Positions 1-9,224 of a DNA stretch of 64,000 bases are shown in pieces. Made by a program: the position numbers and the translations under genes. Origin of the DNA: Candidatus Buchananbacteria bacterium (lineage in GTDB: Bacteria; Patescibacteriota; Patescibacteriia; 2-01-FULL-39-33); NCBI GenBank assembly GCA_030650095.1, contig JAUSEE010000002.1, positions 6,711 to 70,710 of the forward strand. Reading direction: 5' to 3'. Every line of letters starts with the position of its first letter. Position 1 is the stretch's first letter. The notes under the pieces were generated by a model, which worked only from the letters and a program-made list of their open reading frames with translations, was not told the origin of the DNA and did not search any database.

Positions 1-39
1 AATAAAATTGATGCCGCTCGGGTAATAACTGGGCGGTTT

Positions 40-75
40 TTTTATAATGTTGCTGCCCAATAGGCAGGCAATGGA
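40..75 (-). repeat. Partial copy of R2 repeat family (window edge)
   Basis: 'ttataatgttgctgccc' matches the terminal segment of R2 copies at 43067, 45968 and 48234; preceded by a GC hairpin plus T-run. Confidence 0.3.
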
Positions 76-91
76 TCCCTCGACTGCGCTC

Positions 92-196
92 GGGATGACA
101 ATGAAGAAGAACGTCATTGCGAGGCACGAAGCAATCCCATAGTTGTAGAGTACGAGGTTGCTTCCCCCGCATCAAGTGCGGGGTCGCAATGACAGG
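92..196 (+). repeat. Family-1 nested-palindrome element, copy 1
   Basis: gtcattgcgag...gaagcaatcc...gtacgag gttgcttc...ccccgcatcaagtgcgggg tcgcaatgac: outer 10-bp inverted repeat enclosing two inner hairpins. Confidence 0.7.
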
Positions 197-218
197 AATA
201 AAGAGTTTAGTTGGGATG

Positions 219-1052
219 TTAAACGGCGGCGTCTTTGAGCGAGGCTTTTTTGAGATCTTCGTAAATGCCGCCTTTAATGTTGATTCGGCCAAAAGCCAAA
301 AAGAATAAGCTCAAGGAAGCGTAAAAGAAAAAGTGACTCAAATACATCACCTGGTGAAGCGGAAAATTAAGATTGGACTCTAGAAACTCGTAAAAAATAT
401 ATGGCACAGTCGAGAGCATGATCATAATAATGGAAGCATGCAATAATCTGGTGAAGCCAGTTGAGATGGACACATGTTTGCCAATTCGGTTTATTTTCAT
501 CATGGCTATCAAACCTAGTAAAAAGATTATGGCTGTGTAGACATAAGGTGTTGGATTATCCAATTCCAGCGACATCAATTCTCTTTTGGTTGTTAAGACG
601 AAAATTAAGACAATCAAAGCGGCAATTAAGCCGATCAGAACATTAATCTGAATCAACGATCGTCTATCGTGAACTCTAAGGAAGGCATCAGCGCCGATTA
701 TTATCAGCATCAGGCTTATTAGATAGAAATTGGCGGTATTGATAAGGACAGAATCAGAATAATAGACAAAAGCACCCATGCTCATACTGAAATATTCAAC
801 AATATGCGAAAGGGCAAAAACAAACAGAGCGGCCAAACTGGCCATGAAGAATTTTTCTAGGATGGGATCAAAAGAATAATAGCGGACAAAAATCCTTATT
901 ATAGACAAGGCGATAAACAAAATAGCGATCATATGTATAATTCCGTACATAAAAAACAATTGACCGGTAAGCTCGGCTATGAGGATAACCGCTAAATTGA
1001 TGGCTATGAGTACCAAGGGACTAAAAATTTTTTCAATTTTTTCTTTGTTCAT
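219..1052 (-). CDS. Polytopic integral membrane protein, function unknown
   Basis: 277-aa ORF with ~8 hydrophobic helices; no recognisable catalytic motif. Confidence 0.45.
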   Translation of the reverse strand: MNKEKIEKIFSPLVLIAINLAVILIAELTGQLFFMYGIIHMIAILFIALSIIRIFVRYYSFDPILEKFFMASLAALFVFALSHIVEYFSMSMGAFVYYSDSVLINTANFYLISLMLIIIGADAFLRVHDRRSLIQINVLIGLIAALIVLIFVLTTKRELMSLELDNPTPYVYTAIIFLLGLIAMMKINRIGKHVSISTGFTRLLHASIIMIMLSTVPYIFYEFLESNLNFPLHQVMYLSHFFFYASLSLFFLAFGRINIKGGIYEDLKKASLKDAAV

Positions 1053-1146
1053 ATGATTTATTATTTAATGATTTATTAATTATACCATATTGTTTGGGCA
1101 TTTAAATGGGCTATCAACCAGGGATATTCTGCTGGTTTTTATTTTC

Positions 1147-1229
1147 GTCATTGCGAACGTAGTGAAGCAATCCCATGGCTATAGAATACGAGATTGCTTC
1201 CCCCGCATCAAATGCGGGGTCGCAATGAC
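1147..1229 (+). repeat. Family-1 nested-palindrome element, copy 2
   Basis: gtcattgcga acgtagt gaagcaatc ccatggctatagaatacgag attgcttc ccccgcatcaaatgcgggg tcgcaatgac; same architecture as copy 1. Confidence 0.75.
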
Positions 1230-1300
1230 AAGAATATAACACTTGACAGACATGTTAGAATAATATAACATTAAGATAGTTAGAAATAATTAACAAAAAC

Positions 1301-1687
1301 ATGACCCAAAAACAATACAAAATCTGCAGCTTGGCTATCGTTATAGCTCTAAGCTTTTCCGTCAGCCTTTCTGTCACTTTAAACAATTATTATCTGCCGG
1401 CAATTTTTATTTTGAGCGCAGTGGCGGGCATGTATTACTGTCGCAAACAGCTTAAAACCAATAATGTTTTGGCTGATGAGCGTGATTATCAAATATCCGG
1501 CCAAGCTGCTCGCTATAGCATTTACATCTACAGCTGGCTGGGCGCTATTGGCACATTGGCTTTGATGGCCATATCCGAGAAAGATGGCGTGTTGTATGTT
1601 TTAAGCCAATATTTGGCTTTCAGCGTTTGTTTTCTACTTTTAGTGAATGCTTTTTTGTTTAATTATTTAAGCAAACGAGGCAAGTAA
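1301..1687 (+). CDS. Small membrane protein (DUF2178-like partner of XRE regulator)
   Basis: 128 aa, 3-4 TM helices; its stop abuts the start of the downstream HTH gene (TAATATG), a conserved membrane-protein/XRE pairing. Confidence 0.45.
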   Translation: MTQKQYKICSLAIVIALSFSVSLSVTLNNYYLPAIFILSAVAGMYYCRKQLKTNNVLADERDYQISGQAARYSIYIYSWLGAIGTLALMAISEKDGVLYVLSQYLAFSVCFLLLVNAFLFNYLSKRGK

Positions 1688-1688
1688 T

Positions 1689-1877
1689 ATGAGAAACAAT
1701 ATAAAAGAATTTAGGCAGAAACTGAATCTAACCCAAGAGGAACTGGCTCGGCTAGCGGGGGTGCGTCGGGAAACCATTGTTTTTTTGGAACAGGATAAAT
1801 ATAATCCGTCTTTAAAATTAGCCTACAATGTCGCCAAAGCTTTGAAAACCAGCATAGAAGAAGTTTTTATTTTTTAA
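1689..1877 (+). CDS. XRE-family helix-turn-helix transcriptional regulator
   Basis: 62 aa; [41 protein letters not shown] is a classic Cro/C1 HTH. Confidence 0.7.
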   Translation: MRNNIKEFRQKLNLTQEELARLAGVRRETIVFLEQDKYNPSLKLAYNVAKALKTSIEEVFIF

Positions 1878-2001
1878 ATATTTCAAAAAACTGTTACAAC
1901 TTGACATTTTTCTTTAAAAAGTGTAAAACATAGGGGCAGTATGAATGCTTTTCGAGTTTGATCTTTATAATATTTTACAAAAAACCACAAGGAGAGATGG
2001 A

Positions 2002-2529
2002 ATGAAGCTTTATGTTAATATTCTATTGGTTTTGGTAATAGCCATAGTTATTGTTAAGTTAATGGTTACACCTCAAACACTTTTTGTCGAAGAAGAAATC
2101 ACCCCGGCATTTGTTCAACAAATGGAGGATGGCTTTAAAAGAACCTATCCGAAGGCCATGGAAGTCGCTTGGGGGACATTGGAAGCTGATGGGCAAAAAA
2201 TTAACTGGTACTCTTATTGGATATCGGGCTACGACCAATTGCAGTTTTTTCTTGATAGTAAGCTCAGTTCAGAAACATGTGCCAAGTTGGAAAAGACAAT
2301 CCAGCGTATCCAACCTCCCTATGAGGAAGATCCTCGCGTCATGCAGTATCGCAGGAAGTCGGTTAACGGCGAGCTGTGGGTGGAATTAGAATCTCCGGCC
2401 ACTTACTTTTATTTTCGTTTCAGCAATCTTGATTTGTTTGATGCTCAGGCAAAACTGGCTTGGGTATTTTTAGAACTATCCAGAGACGGGGTTGTGGATG
2501 ATTACAGCATAGAGAAGCGGTATCTGTAA
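2002..2529 (+). CDS. Hypothetical membrane-anchored protein
   Basis: Start chosen at ATG 2002 (MKLYVNILLV..., preceded by AGGAG); single N-terminal TM, no known motif. Confidence 0.4.
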   Translation: MKLYVNILLVLVIAIVIVKLMVTPQTLFVEEEITPAFVQQMEDGFKRTYPKAMEVAWGTLEADGQKINWYSYWISGYDQLQFFLDSKLSSETCAKLEKTIQRIQPPYEEDPRVMQYRRKSVNGELWVELESPATYFYFRFSNLDLFDAQAKLAWVFLELSRDGVVDDYSIEKRYL

Positions 2530-2574
2530 ATGCCAGAGGTAATCTAAAACAGCCCGAAAAGGAAAGCCAAGATC

Positions 2575-3630
2575 ATGAAACAAAAGCCAGGCTTTACGCT
2601 AGTGGAACTGCTTGTAGTGATTGCCATCATCGGCATTTTGGCGGCGGTTCTCTTGCCGGCTCTGGCGCGAGCGCGTGAGGCGGCCAGGCGTGCCAGTTGC
2701 GCCAGCAATCTTAAGGAGTGGGGACAGATTTTTAAAATGTTTGCCAGCGAAGCGCCAAAAGGAGAACTGCCCAGTATTGGCGGAATTCTTTTTACAGCCT
2801 CGCCCAATGCTTTCCAACTCTACCCTGATTATTGGACGGATGAGAAAATTTTGGCTTGTCCATCGGATAGTTTTTCCTCTCGATTTTTTCATACGCCCGA
2901 TCCTTTGGGCGACATTAACCAAGTGAGGCAATATTGTCCGCCGGGTCCGGCTTTGCCATCAATTATGAGCGTGCCCATTTCCTACTGGTATAGCGGTTTT
3001 GTCATACCAAGCGTTTGGGATTTTATGGGTTATGGTTTGATTATCAGGGATTATATCAGCCGTTTGTCGCCAAGTTTGTTTACAACTTCCAGCGGAACGA
3101 TTGATTTTGTTTATTGTGATCCGGCTATGAGAACTAATTTTGGCAGTATGTGGATCTGGGCCTCAATCGGCATGGATTATGATTTATCCAAATCATCGGT
3201 AGAAGAAAAGGCGAATGGCTATTCGCGCGTGGACTGGGAAGAAGTGGATTACTGGTTGAGCCAAGGGGGCAAGTCCATTAATTCGTGGACATTACCTCGT
3301 TTGCGTGAAGGCATCGAGCGCTTCCTCATTACCGATATCAATAATCCGGCTGCCAGCTCACTGGCACAAAGTTCTATTGATGTTATGTGGGACATTTGGG
3401 GCGATACAGCCGGTTACAAAGAATTGGCGCCCACCGGTCAAAACTTAGGCGGATCTTTCAATCACGTTCCCAGTGGCAGTAATGTTCTTTATTTGGATAG
3501 CCATGTCGAGTACAAGAAATTCAAATCCGGCTACCCTCTGAGCGCCGGGAATATAAACCAAAACGGCACGCTACTGGAGCAAGCCAATTATCTTATGGGA
3601 TTTTACATCGCTACCAGCGCAGCTTGGTGA
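2575..3630 (+). CDS. Prepilin-type N-terminal cleavage/methylation domain protein of DUF1559 (H-X9-DG) type
   Basis: N-term [30 protein letters not shown] (class III signal, G-F-T-L-x-E) followed by [21 protein letters not shown]; C-terminal [11 protein letters not shown] region; GC-rich 5' third. Confidence 0.6.
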   Translation: MKQKPGFTLVELLVVIAIIGILAAVLLPALARAREAARRASCASNLKEWGQIFKMFASEAPKGELPSIGGILFTASPNAFQLYPDYWTDEKILACPSDSFSSRFFHTPDPLGDINQVRQYCPPGPALPSIMSVPISYWYSGFVIPSVWDFMGYGLIIRDYISRLSPSLFTTSSGTIDFVYCDPAMRTNFGSMWIWASIGMDYDLSKSSVEEKANGYSRVDWEEVDYWLSQGGKSINSWTLPRLREGIERFLITDINNPAASSLAQSSIDVMWDIWGDTAGYKELAPTGQNLGGSFNHVPSGSNVLYLDSHVEYKKFKSGYPLSAGNINQNGTLLEQANYLMGFYIATSAAW

Positions 3631-3685
3631 TCATTTAACTTTAAGTAATGATTAATCGCAAAAATAAATAATTTTTATCCACACC

Positions 3686-3716
3686 AGACAGAGTATAACT
3701 CTGTCTTTTTCAATTT
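3686..3716 (+). terminator. Rho-independent terminator after the DUF1559 gene
   Basis: agacagag tataa ctctgtct followed by ttttcaattttt. Confidence 0.55.
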
Positions 3717-3759
3717 TTGCCCGTATTTTGGGGCGATATTTTTTTATTTCCTACTTATT

Positions 3760-3789
3760 TTGCTGACACTTTTATTTTATGATATTATG
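3760..3789 (+). promoter_or_regulatory. Candidate sigma70 promoter of nrdJ
   Basis: TTGCTG - 17 nt - TATTAT about 35 nt upstream of the nrdJ start. Confidence 0.3.
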
Positions 3790-3821
3790 ATAGAACTTTA
3801 ATAAATAACTTTATAAATATT

Positions 3822-6185
3822 ATGGGGGATAATTCAAATAACTGGCTCGGTTCCGAGGCCAGTGTTTTAGAATCTAATAAAGTTGCCAAAATAAGGAAAA
3901 GAGACGGCCGAATTGTTGATTTTAATAAGGATAAGATAAAACAGGCCATTATTAAGGCCTTTACCGCCTCCAATAATTATGATTATGAACTGGTAGACAG
4001 GCTGGTTGTGAGTGTGGTTAACATTTTAAACAACCGCTACGGGCTAGAAAACATACCTTCTATCGAAGATATCCAGAATATCGTAGAAATCATCCTGATT
4101 CATAACGATCTGCCGGCGGTAGCCAAAAATTACATTATTTACCGTGAAGAAAGATCCAAATCGCGTGAAAGGCAAAAGGCTATTTTAGACGGTTTAACCA
4201 CCAGCTTGCCTTATTCTGATAACGCCCTGAAGGTTATGGCCAAAAGGTATTTAAAAAGGGATCAGGATGACAAAGTTATTGAAACTCCCGAGCAAATGAT
4301 GGAACGGGTATCCCTGGCTTTGGCGGAAGTGGAGAAGAAATACGGCAAAAATGACGAGCAAGTGGCGCGAGTGAAAGACAGTTTTTATGAGGTTTTAAGC
4401 AAATTTGAGTTTACCCCGGCCGGACGAACCCTAAACAACGCCGGCACCGATTTACCGGTGGTGGCCAATTGCATTGTCTTAAATATCCAAGATTCCATGG
4501 ACAGTATTTTTGATACCCTCAAAGACGCCGCTCTTTTACAGCAGTCCGGCTCCGGCTTGGGCTTTCCTTTCCACACCCTAAGGCCGGCCGGTTCTCGGGC
4601 CAAAAAATCACGCGGGGTGGCTTCCGGGCCGGTTTCTTTTCTGAAAGTCTATGATCGGGCCTTTGGCGTGATAAAACAGCAGAATCGCCACGGCGCCAAT
4701 ATGGCAGTGATGAATGTGGAGCATCCGGATATTTTGGAGTTTATCCATTGCAAAGCCCGGGAAGGCGAGATTAAGAATTTTAATATTTCTGTGGGCTTAA
4801 CCGATAGGTTTATGGAAGCGGTGGAAAAAAACGATCCCAACACTTGGGTGCCGCGCTTCAACGGCCAGGATCATTCCTTGCACAGAGTGGTACGCGATGA
4901 GCAGGACACTATTTTGGACATCGTGGAAGAAAAAATGACCGCTCGCGAGATTTTTCAAGAAATCATTTCGGCCGCTTGGTCCAACGGCGAGCCGGGCTGT
5001 GTTTTCTTGGACACGGTGAACAAGGTTAACCCTTTGCCGGGCTTGGGCCGGATAGAAGCCTGCAACCCCTGCGGTGAGCAATTCTTGCACGATGGCGATG
5101 TCTGTAATTTGGGTTCTATTAATTTGGAAAAATTTGCTAGTAGCGGCGAAGTGTTGTGGGACAGATTGAAAGAAGTTACCAAAATAGCCGTGCGCATGCT
5201 GGACAATGTCACCGATATCACTAAGTACCAATCAGAAAAAGTAAATCAGGTTTCCAAAGACAATCGGCGTATCGGCTTGGGCATCATGGGCTTTGCCGAC
5301 ATGCTTTATAAACTGGGCATTGGCTACAACACGCCCGAAGGCTTTGCTATGGGCGAAAAAATAATGAAAACCATCCAGGATTCCTCTCACCAGATGTCTC
5401 AAGAATTAGCCGACGAAAAAGGACTCTTTAAAAATTATAATCATTCCGTTTACCCAGGCAGGAATGTCAGAATGAGAAATGCCGCCCTCACCAATATCGC
5501 CCCGACCGGCACGATTTCCATGACCATGGATGTCTCGGGCGGAGTGGAGCCTTATTTTGCCTTGGCCTATTATTACAAACATGTTTTGGGAGGCGATGTG
5601 GAGCTTATTTATTTCAACAAGCATTTGGAAAAAACCTTAAAGGAACAAGGCTGTTGGTCGGAAACAGTTAAACAGCAAATAATCCAAAACGGCACCCTGC
5701 AGAATGTGGCCGGCATTCCGGAAAATATCAAAAAAATATTCGTTACTTCCATGGATATTTCCGCCTCCGATCATATTAAAATGCAATCGGCGTTCCAAAA
5801 ATATTGCGACAACGCTATTTCTAAAACTGTTAACTTCCCTTATTCGGCCAGCAAAAATGACGTGATGGAAGGCTACCTGATGGCTTGGAGAATGGGTTGC
5901 AAGGGCTGTACTGTTTATCGCGACGGCTCCAGGGACAAGCAAATACTCAATATCGCCAAAGACAAAGAAACCAGCGAACCCTTAAACCCCAACGCCGGTT
6001 TAACCGATGAAATGCCCATGGTTAATACCGGCAATGTGGTTACTTCCGGCTTTAGTCCTCTTAAGCCTAATGATAAAAATGGAGTCATAGCCGGCGGAAT
6101 TTGTCCGGAATGCGGGGGATCGCTTATGATTTTAGAAGGTTGTTATACTTGCTCCAGTTGCGGAGTTAGCGCCTGCTCTATTTAA
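3822..6185 (+). CDS. nrdJ: Adenosylcobalamin-dependent (class II) ribonucleotide reductase with N-terminal ATP-cone and C-terminal Zn-ribbon
   Basis: ATP-cone VAKIRKRDGRIVDFNKDKIKQAI; RNR core with active-site Cys in CNLGSINL and a second conserved Cys in EACNPCGEQ; C-terminal CPECGG...CYTCSSCG. Confidence 0.9.
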   Translation: MGDNSNNWLGSEASVLESNKVAKIRKRDGRIVDFNKDKIKQAIIKAFTASNNYDYELVDRLVVSVVNILNNRYGLENIPSIEDIQNIVEIILIHNDLPAVAKNYIIYREERSKSRERQKAILDGLTTSLPYSDNALKVMAKRYLKRDQDDKVIETPEQMMERVSLALAEVEKKYGKNDEQVARVKDSFYEVLSKFEFTPAGRTLNNAGTDLPVVANCIVLNIQDSMDSIFDTLKDAALLQQSGSGLGFPFHTLRPAGSRAKKSRGVASGPVSFLKVYDRAFGVIKQQNRHGANMAVMNVEHPDILEFIHCKAREGEIKNFNISVGLTDRFMEAVEKNDPNTWVPRFNGQDHSLHRVVRDEQDTILDIVEEKMTAREIFQEIISAAWSNGEPGCVFLDTVNKVNPLPGLGRIEACNPCGEQFLHDGDVCNLGSINLEKFASSGEVLWDRLKEVTKIAVRMLDNVTDITKYQSEKVNQVSKDNRRIGLGIMGFADMLYKLGIGYNTPEGFAMGEKIMKTIQDSSHQMSQELADEKGLFKNYNHSVYPGRNVRMRNAALTNIAPTGTISMTMDVSGGVEPYFALAYYYKHVLGGDVELIYFNKHLEKTLKEQGCWSETVKQQIIQNGTLQNVAGIPENIKKIFVTSMDISASDHIKMQSAFQKYCDNAISKTVNFPYSASKNDVMEGYLMAWRMGCKGCTVYRDGSRDKQILNIAKDKETSEPLNPNAGLTDEMPMVNTGNVVTSGFSPLKPNDKNGVIAGGICPECGGSLMILEGCYTCSSCGVSACSI

Positions 6186-6196
6186 GTGTCACTTTG

Positions 6197-6268
6197 ATCC
6201 GCCCTGGGCGGAGAAGCAATCTCGTGTTTGATATTTGTCATTCCGACCGCAGTGGAGGAATCCCTTGG
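6197..6268 (+). repeat. Family-1 element, degenerate copy 3
   Basis: gatccgccctgggcgga gaagcaatc ... tgtcattccgaccgcagtggaggaatccc; shares 'tccgccctgggcggagaagcaatc' with the copy at 10220. Confidence 0.45.
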
Positions 6269-6299
6269 TAAAATAAAATAAATCCAGTCTATTAAAATA

Positions 6300-6480
6300 A
6301 AACACCCTTTTCTTTTTCTAGGAAAAAGAAAAGCGGTGCCAAAAGAAAAAGTCGCGAGCTGGTTAAAAATTAAGGCAAAATTTCAGCTCGCTCACTAAAG
6401 CCAATAATCCAAATAGCAACATAATATTGGCTTTTTAACGCTCGCTAAACTGAAATTTTGACACTAAATTTTTAAAGGCT
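6300..6480 (+). repeat. Conserved ~170-nt module A (structured-RNA candidate) downstream of family-1 copy 3
   Basis: Perfect 12-bp hairpin cttttctttttc-tag-gaaaaagaaaag (6307-6333) then a block homologous to 35596-35760 (agctcgct..aaagcYaataatcMaaatagcaacaKaatattRgctTtttaacRctcgct...). Confidence 0.55.
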
Positions 6481-6510
6481 CGCATTATTTTATATTAGAT
6501 TATTAATACT

Positions 6511-7026
6511 ATGATCCAAGTTTATTATGGCGATGGTAAAGGCAAAACCACGGCGGCCCTGGGATTATCCATAAGAGCTTTAGGTAGCGGCCAGAAAGTA
6601 GCCATTATCTTTTTTGACAAAGGGGGCCAGAATTATAACGAAAGGAAGATATTGGATAATCTGGGCATCGCTTATTTTTCCTATGGCCGAGACAGGCGTC
6701 TGTCTAATAACCGGTTTGATTTTTCACTTAAAGACGAAGATTTGGCGATGGCGCAAAAATCCATGGCCCAGCTTCTTAAAATACACCATGATTACGACTT
6801 GATTGTTTTAGACGAAGTTTTAAACGCCATCAGGCTGAAGATGATGCCGCTTCAAGAATTGTTGGATTATTTGGACAATAAATTGCCGCCCAATTTAGAA
6901 CTGGTTTTAACCGGCCGCGGCTTGTGGCCGGAAATAAGTGAAAGGGCCGATTTGATTTCTGAAATGAAAATGATCAAGCATTATTTTCAAAAAAAATTGC
7001 CGGCCCGAGAGGGGATAGAATACTAA
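6511..7026 (+). CDS. cobO: Cob(I)alamin adenosyltransferase, CobA/CobO/BtuR family
   Basis: P-loop VYYGDGKGKTTAALGLSIRALG diagnostic of CobA_CobO_BtuR; 171 aa. Confidence 0.8.
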   Translation: MIQVYYGDGKGKTTAALGLSIRALGSGQKVAIIFFDKGGQNYNERKILDNLGIAYFSYGRDRRLSNNRFDFSLKDEDLAMAQKSMAQLLKIHHDYDLIVLDEVLNAIRLKMMPLQELLDYLDNKLPPNLELVLTGRGLWPEISERADLISEMKMIKHYFQKKLPAREGIEY

Positions 7027-7123
7027 TCAGCTAAAAACAGTCTGCCAGAAGCGGATTGTTTTTTATTATTGTGTGTTTTCTGGACAGGAGTATAATAACA
7101 GTAATAGTTTTCCTTAGTGTTAT

Positions 7124-9043
7124 ATGGCTGGAAAAGTATCTAAAAACAGGCACTTATCAAACAATCCTAACAAGGCCGAAGTTTTTAAGTTGATTGAAAA
7201 AGAAAGGGATCATGTTTTTAATTTGATCAGTGACATTATTATTGTCGCCGATGCCAAAACTGGCATGTTAGTGGACGCTAATTTGGCCGCTCAAAAATTT
7301 TTGGGCAAAACTCTAAGCCAAATAAGGAAAATGCACCAGTCTCAGCTTCATAATAGAGCAGACCGGGCTAAATATCGTGAATCATTCAGGCAAATTGTTA
7401 AAACAGGAGGTGTCCAGGAAGATGTTTATATCTTAAATAAAAACCGAGAGCCAGTTCCTACTGATGTCAGCGCCGGTTTCATTAAAACTGGCGGGCGTGA
7501 TTATATCCAAGGAGTTTTTAGGGATGTCAGCCGCCGGAAGAAAATAGAAGAAGAATTAATCGGGCAAAAGATTAAATTTGAAACCATCTTTGATCTGTCG
7601 CCCAATTTTATTATTTATAAAAGCCAGGATGACAAATTTTTGGAAGTCAATAAAGCCTTTGTTGATTTTATCGGCCTGCCCAAAGAAAAGATTATCGGCC
7701 AATCAACCTTTGATATGATTCTAGACCAAGAGGTGGCCCAAAAAACCAGACAAGACGATTTGGAAGTTATGAAAACGGGCCGGCCAAAATTTGGCGTGAT
7801 TAGGAAATTTACCAGCCCGTTTAGCCAAAAGAGCATCTGGGGCATGTATTCTAAAGAAGCGTTTTTAGATGCCGATGGCAAGGTAATAGGCATTTTATCG
7901 GTTACCGCTGATATTACCAAGATGGTAGAATCAGAAAAAGAAATTGAACTGCAAAAAGATTTGGCTTTTGAAAGATCAGAAAAGTTGCAGGCCATTTTAG
8001 AGAATATCGGTGACTTCGTTTTTGTGATTGATCACAATTATAAAATTACCATGGTTAATAAATCAGCCTGCCAACTAGTTGGTTGTTCCTATAATCAAGC
8101 TATAGGCAAATACTATGGCGATTTTTTTAAATTTGTCTATGAGAAAAATCAGCAAGTTAATGACCAGTTTATAAAAAATGCTTTAGAAAAAGGGGTAGTG
8201 GCATCAGTGGCCAACCACACCGTTTTAATTACCAAAGACAATAAAGCCATGCCGGTTGATTTTGTGGCTTCGCCTATTAAAGATGAAAATGGCCAAATAA
8301 CCGGCGCCGTGGTTGTTTTTAGGGATATAACCAGGGAAAGAAACATAGATAGAATGAAAACAGAATTCGTTTCCATTGCTTCCCACCAGCTTAGAACGCC
8401 CTTAACCGGCATCAAATGGTTTTTGGAATTGCTATTGGATCAAAAAATAGGCGCTTTAAATGAAAAACAACTGGATTTTCTAAACCAAGTGGCGCAAAGC
8501 AACGAAAGAATGATATCGCTCGTGAGTGATCTTTTAAGCGTGTCCAGGATTGAAACAGGAGGAAAAAAGTTTGAAATCGTCAAAAGAAATATCAATATTA
8601 TCCCGGTGATCAAGAGCATTATTATGGATAATATTGTTTTAACCAAAGAGAAAAATATAAAAATAACTGGTTGTATTTATAAATTGTCCAAAATAATGAT
8701 TTTTGCCGATCCCGAACATATCAGGCAAGCCTTTCAAAACTTAATCACCAATGCCATAAAATATTCCAATAATAATGGCGTCATTGAAATTAATTGCCAA
8801 TATAAGAATAAAGAAATAATATTTTTTATCAAAGATAAAGGCGTGGGCATACCGCCAGATCAGCAAAAAAGGGTTTTTGAAAAATTTTTCCGGGCGGACA
8901 ATATTATTACTAAAGAAACCAGCGGCACCGGTTTGGGCCTTTATATCGCTAAAGCCATAATTGACGGCCATGGCGGCCGGATTTGGTTTAAGTCTAAAGA
9001 AGGCAAGGGCACGACCTTTTATTTCTCTATTCCCAAGAAATGA
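7124..9043 (+). CDS. Cytoplasmic multi-PAS sensor histidine kinase
   Basis: PAS-like repeats, H-box SHQLRTPLTGIKWFLELL, C-terminal HATPase_c (GTGLGLYIAKAII). Confidence 0.85.
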   Translation: MAGKVSKNRHLSNNPNKAEVFKLIEKERDHVFNLISDIIIVADAKTGMLVDANLAAQKFLGKTLSQIRKMHQSQLHNRADRAKYRESFRQIVKTGGVQEDVYILNKNREPVPTDVSAGFIKTGGRDYIQGVFRDVSRRKKIEEELIGQKIKFETIFDLSPNFIIYKSQDDKFLEVNKAFVDFIGLPKEKIIGQSTFDMILDQEVAQKTRQDDLEVMKTGRPKFGVIRKFTSPFSQKSIWGMYSKEAFLDADGKVIGILSVTADITKMVESEKEIELQKDLAFERSEKLQAILENIGDFVFVIDHNYKITMVNKSACQLVGCSYNQAIGKYYGDFFKFVYEKNQQVNDQFIKNALEKGVVASVANHTVLITKDNKAMPVDFVASPIKDENGQITGAVVVFRDITRERNIDRMKTEFVSIASHQLRTPLTGIKWFLELLLDQKIGALNEKQLDFLNQVAQSNERMISLVSDLLSVSRIETGGKKFEIVKRNINIIPVIKSIIMDNIVLTKEKNIKITGCIYKLSKIMIFADPEHIRQAFQNLITNAIKYSNNNGVIEINCQYKNKEIIFFIKDKGVGIPPDQQKRVFEKFFRADNIITKETSGTGLGLYIAKAIIDGHGGRIWFKSKEGKGTTFYFSIPKK

Positions 9044-9072
9044 TATTTAGAATAGTTGTAGATAATAAAAAT

Positions 9073-9216
9073 GTCATTGCGAGCCTGCCTGTCGGTAGAC
9101 AGGCTTGCGAAGCAATCCCACGGCTGTAGGATACGAGATTGCTTCTCCGCCTTCGCGAGGACTCGCTTGAGCTTCCTCGCAATGACAAGAATAAAGAGCT
9201 CATTCACAATGACATT
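9073..9216 (+). repeat. Family-1 nested-palindrome element, copy 4 (extended)
   Basis: gtcattgcgag + extra hairpin cctgcctgtcggtagacaggc + gaagcaatcc..gatacgag attgcttc ... ctcgcaatgac, then a second ...caatgaca. Confidence 0.75.
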
Positions 9217-9224
9217 TAGAAAAT

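Noticed and set aside
1085-1145. Hairpin aaccag-ggatattctg-ctggtt + T-run as a terminator
   Set aside because: Oriented for a + strand transcript, but the only adjacent upstream gene is on the minus strand. Possibly the tail of a transcript from outside the window. Too weak to call.
1945-2529. Upstream ATG (1945) for the hypothetical protein; upstream ATG (46711) for cysteine desulfurase; upstream ATG (15005) for the fourth receiver in the second block
   Set aside because: Downstream ATGs at 2002, 46813 and 15059 have AGGAG-type ribosome-binding sites. They give N-termini matching family norms (MKHNIYFDNAATT for IscS; MILIVEDD for the receiver). The 46711 start would overlap the NifU-like gene by 100 nt.
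2084-2931. Overlapping alternative-frame ORFs 2084..2389 (+), 2544..2807 (-), 2599..2931 (-), 2621..2926 (+)
   Set aside because: Arg/Ser/Pro-rich low-complexity translations of the GC-rich region, overlapping better-supported genes (2002..2529 and the DUF1559 gene). No motifs.
3631-3821. Cobalamin riboswitch or NrdR boxes upstream of nrdJ
   Set aside because: No B12-box-like conserved core and no paired 16-bp NrdR palindromes were recognisable by eye. Only a plausible sigma70 promoter and an upstream terminator are reported. An Rfam scan would be needed.
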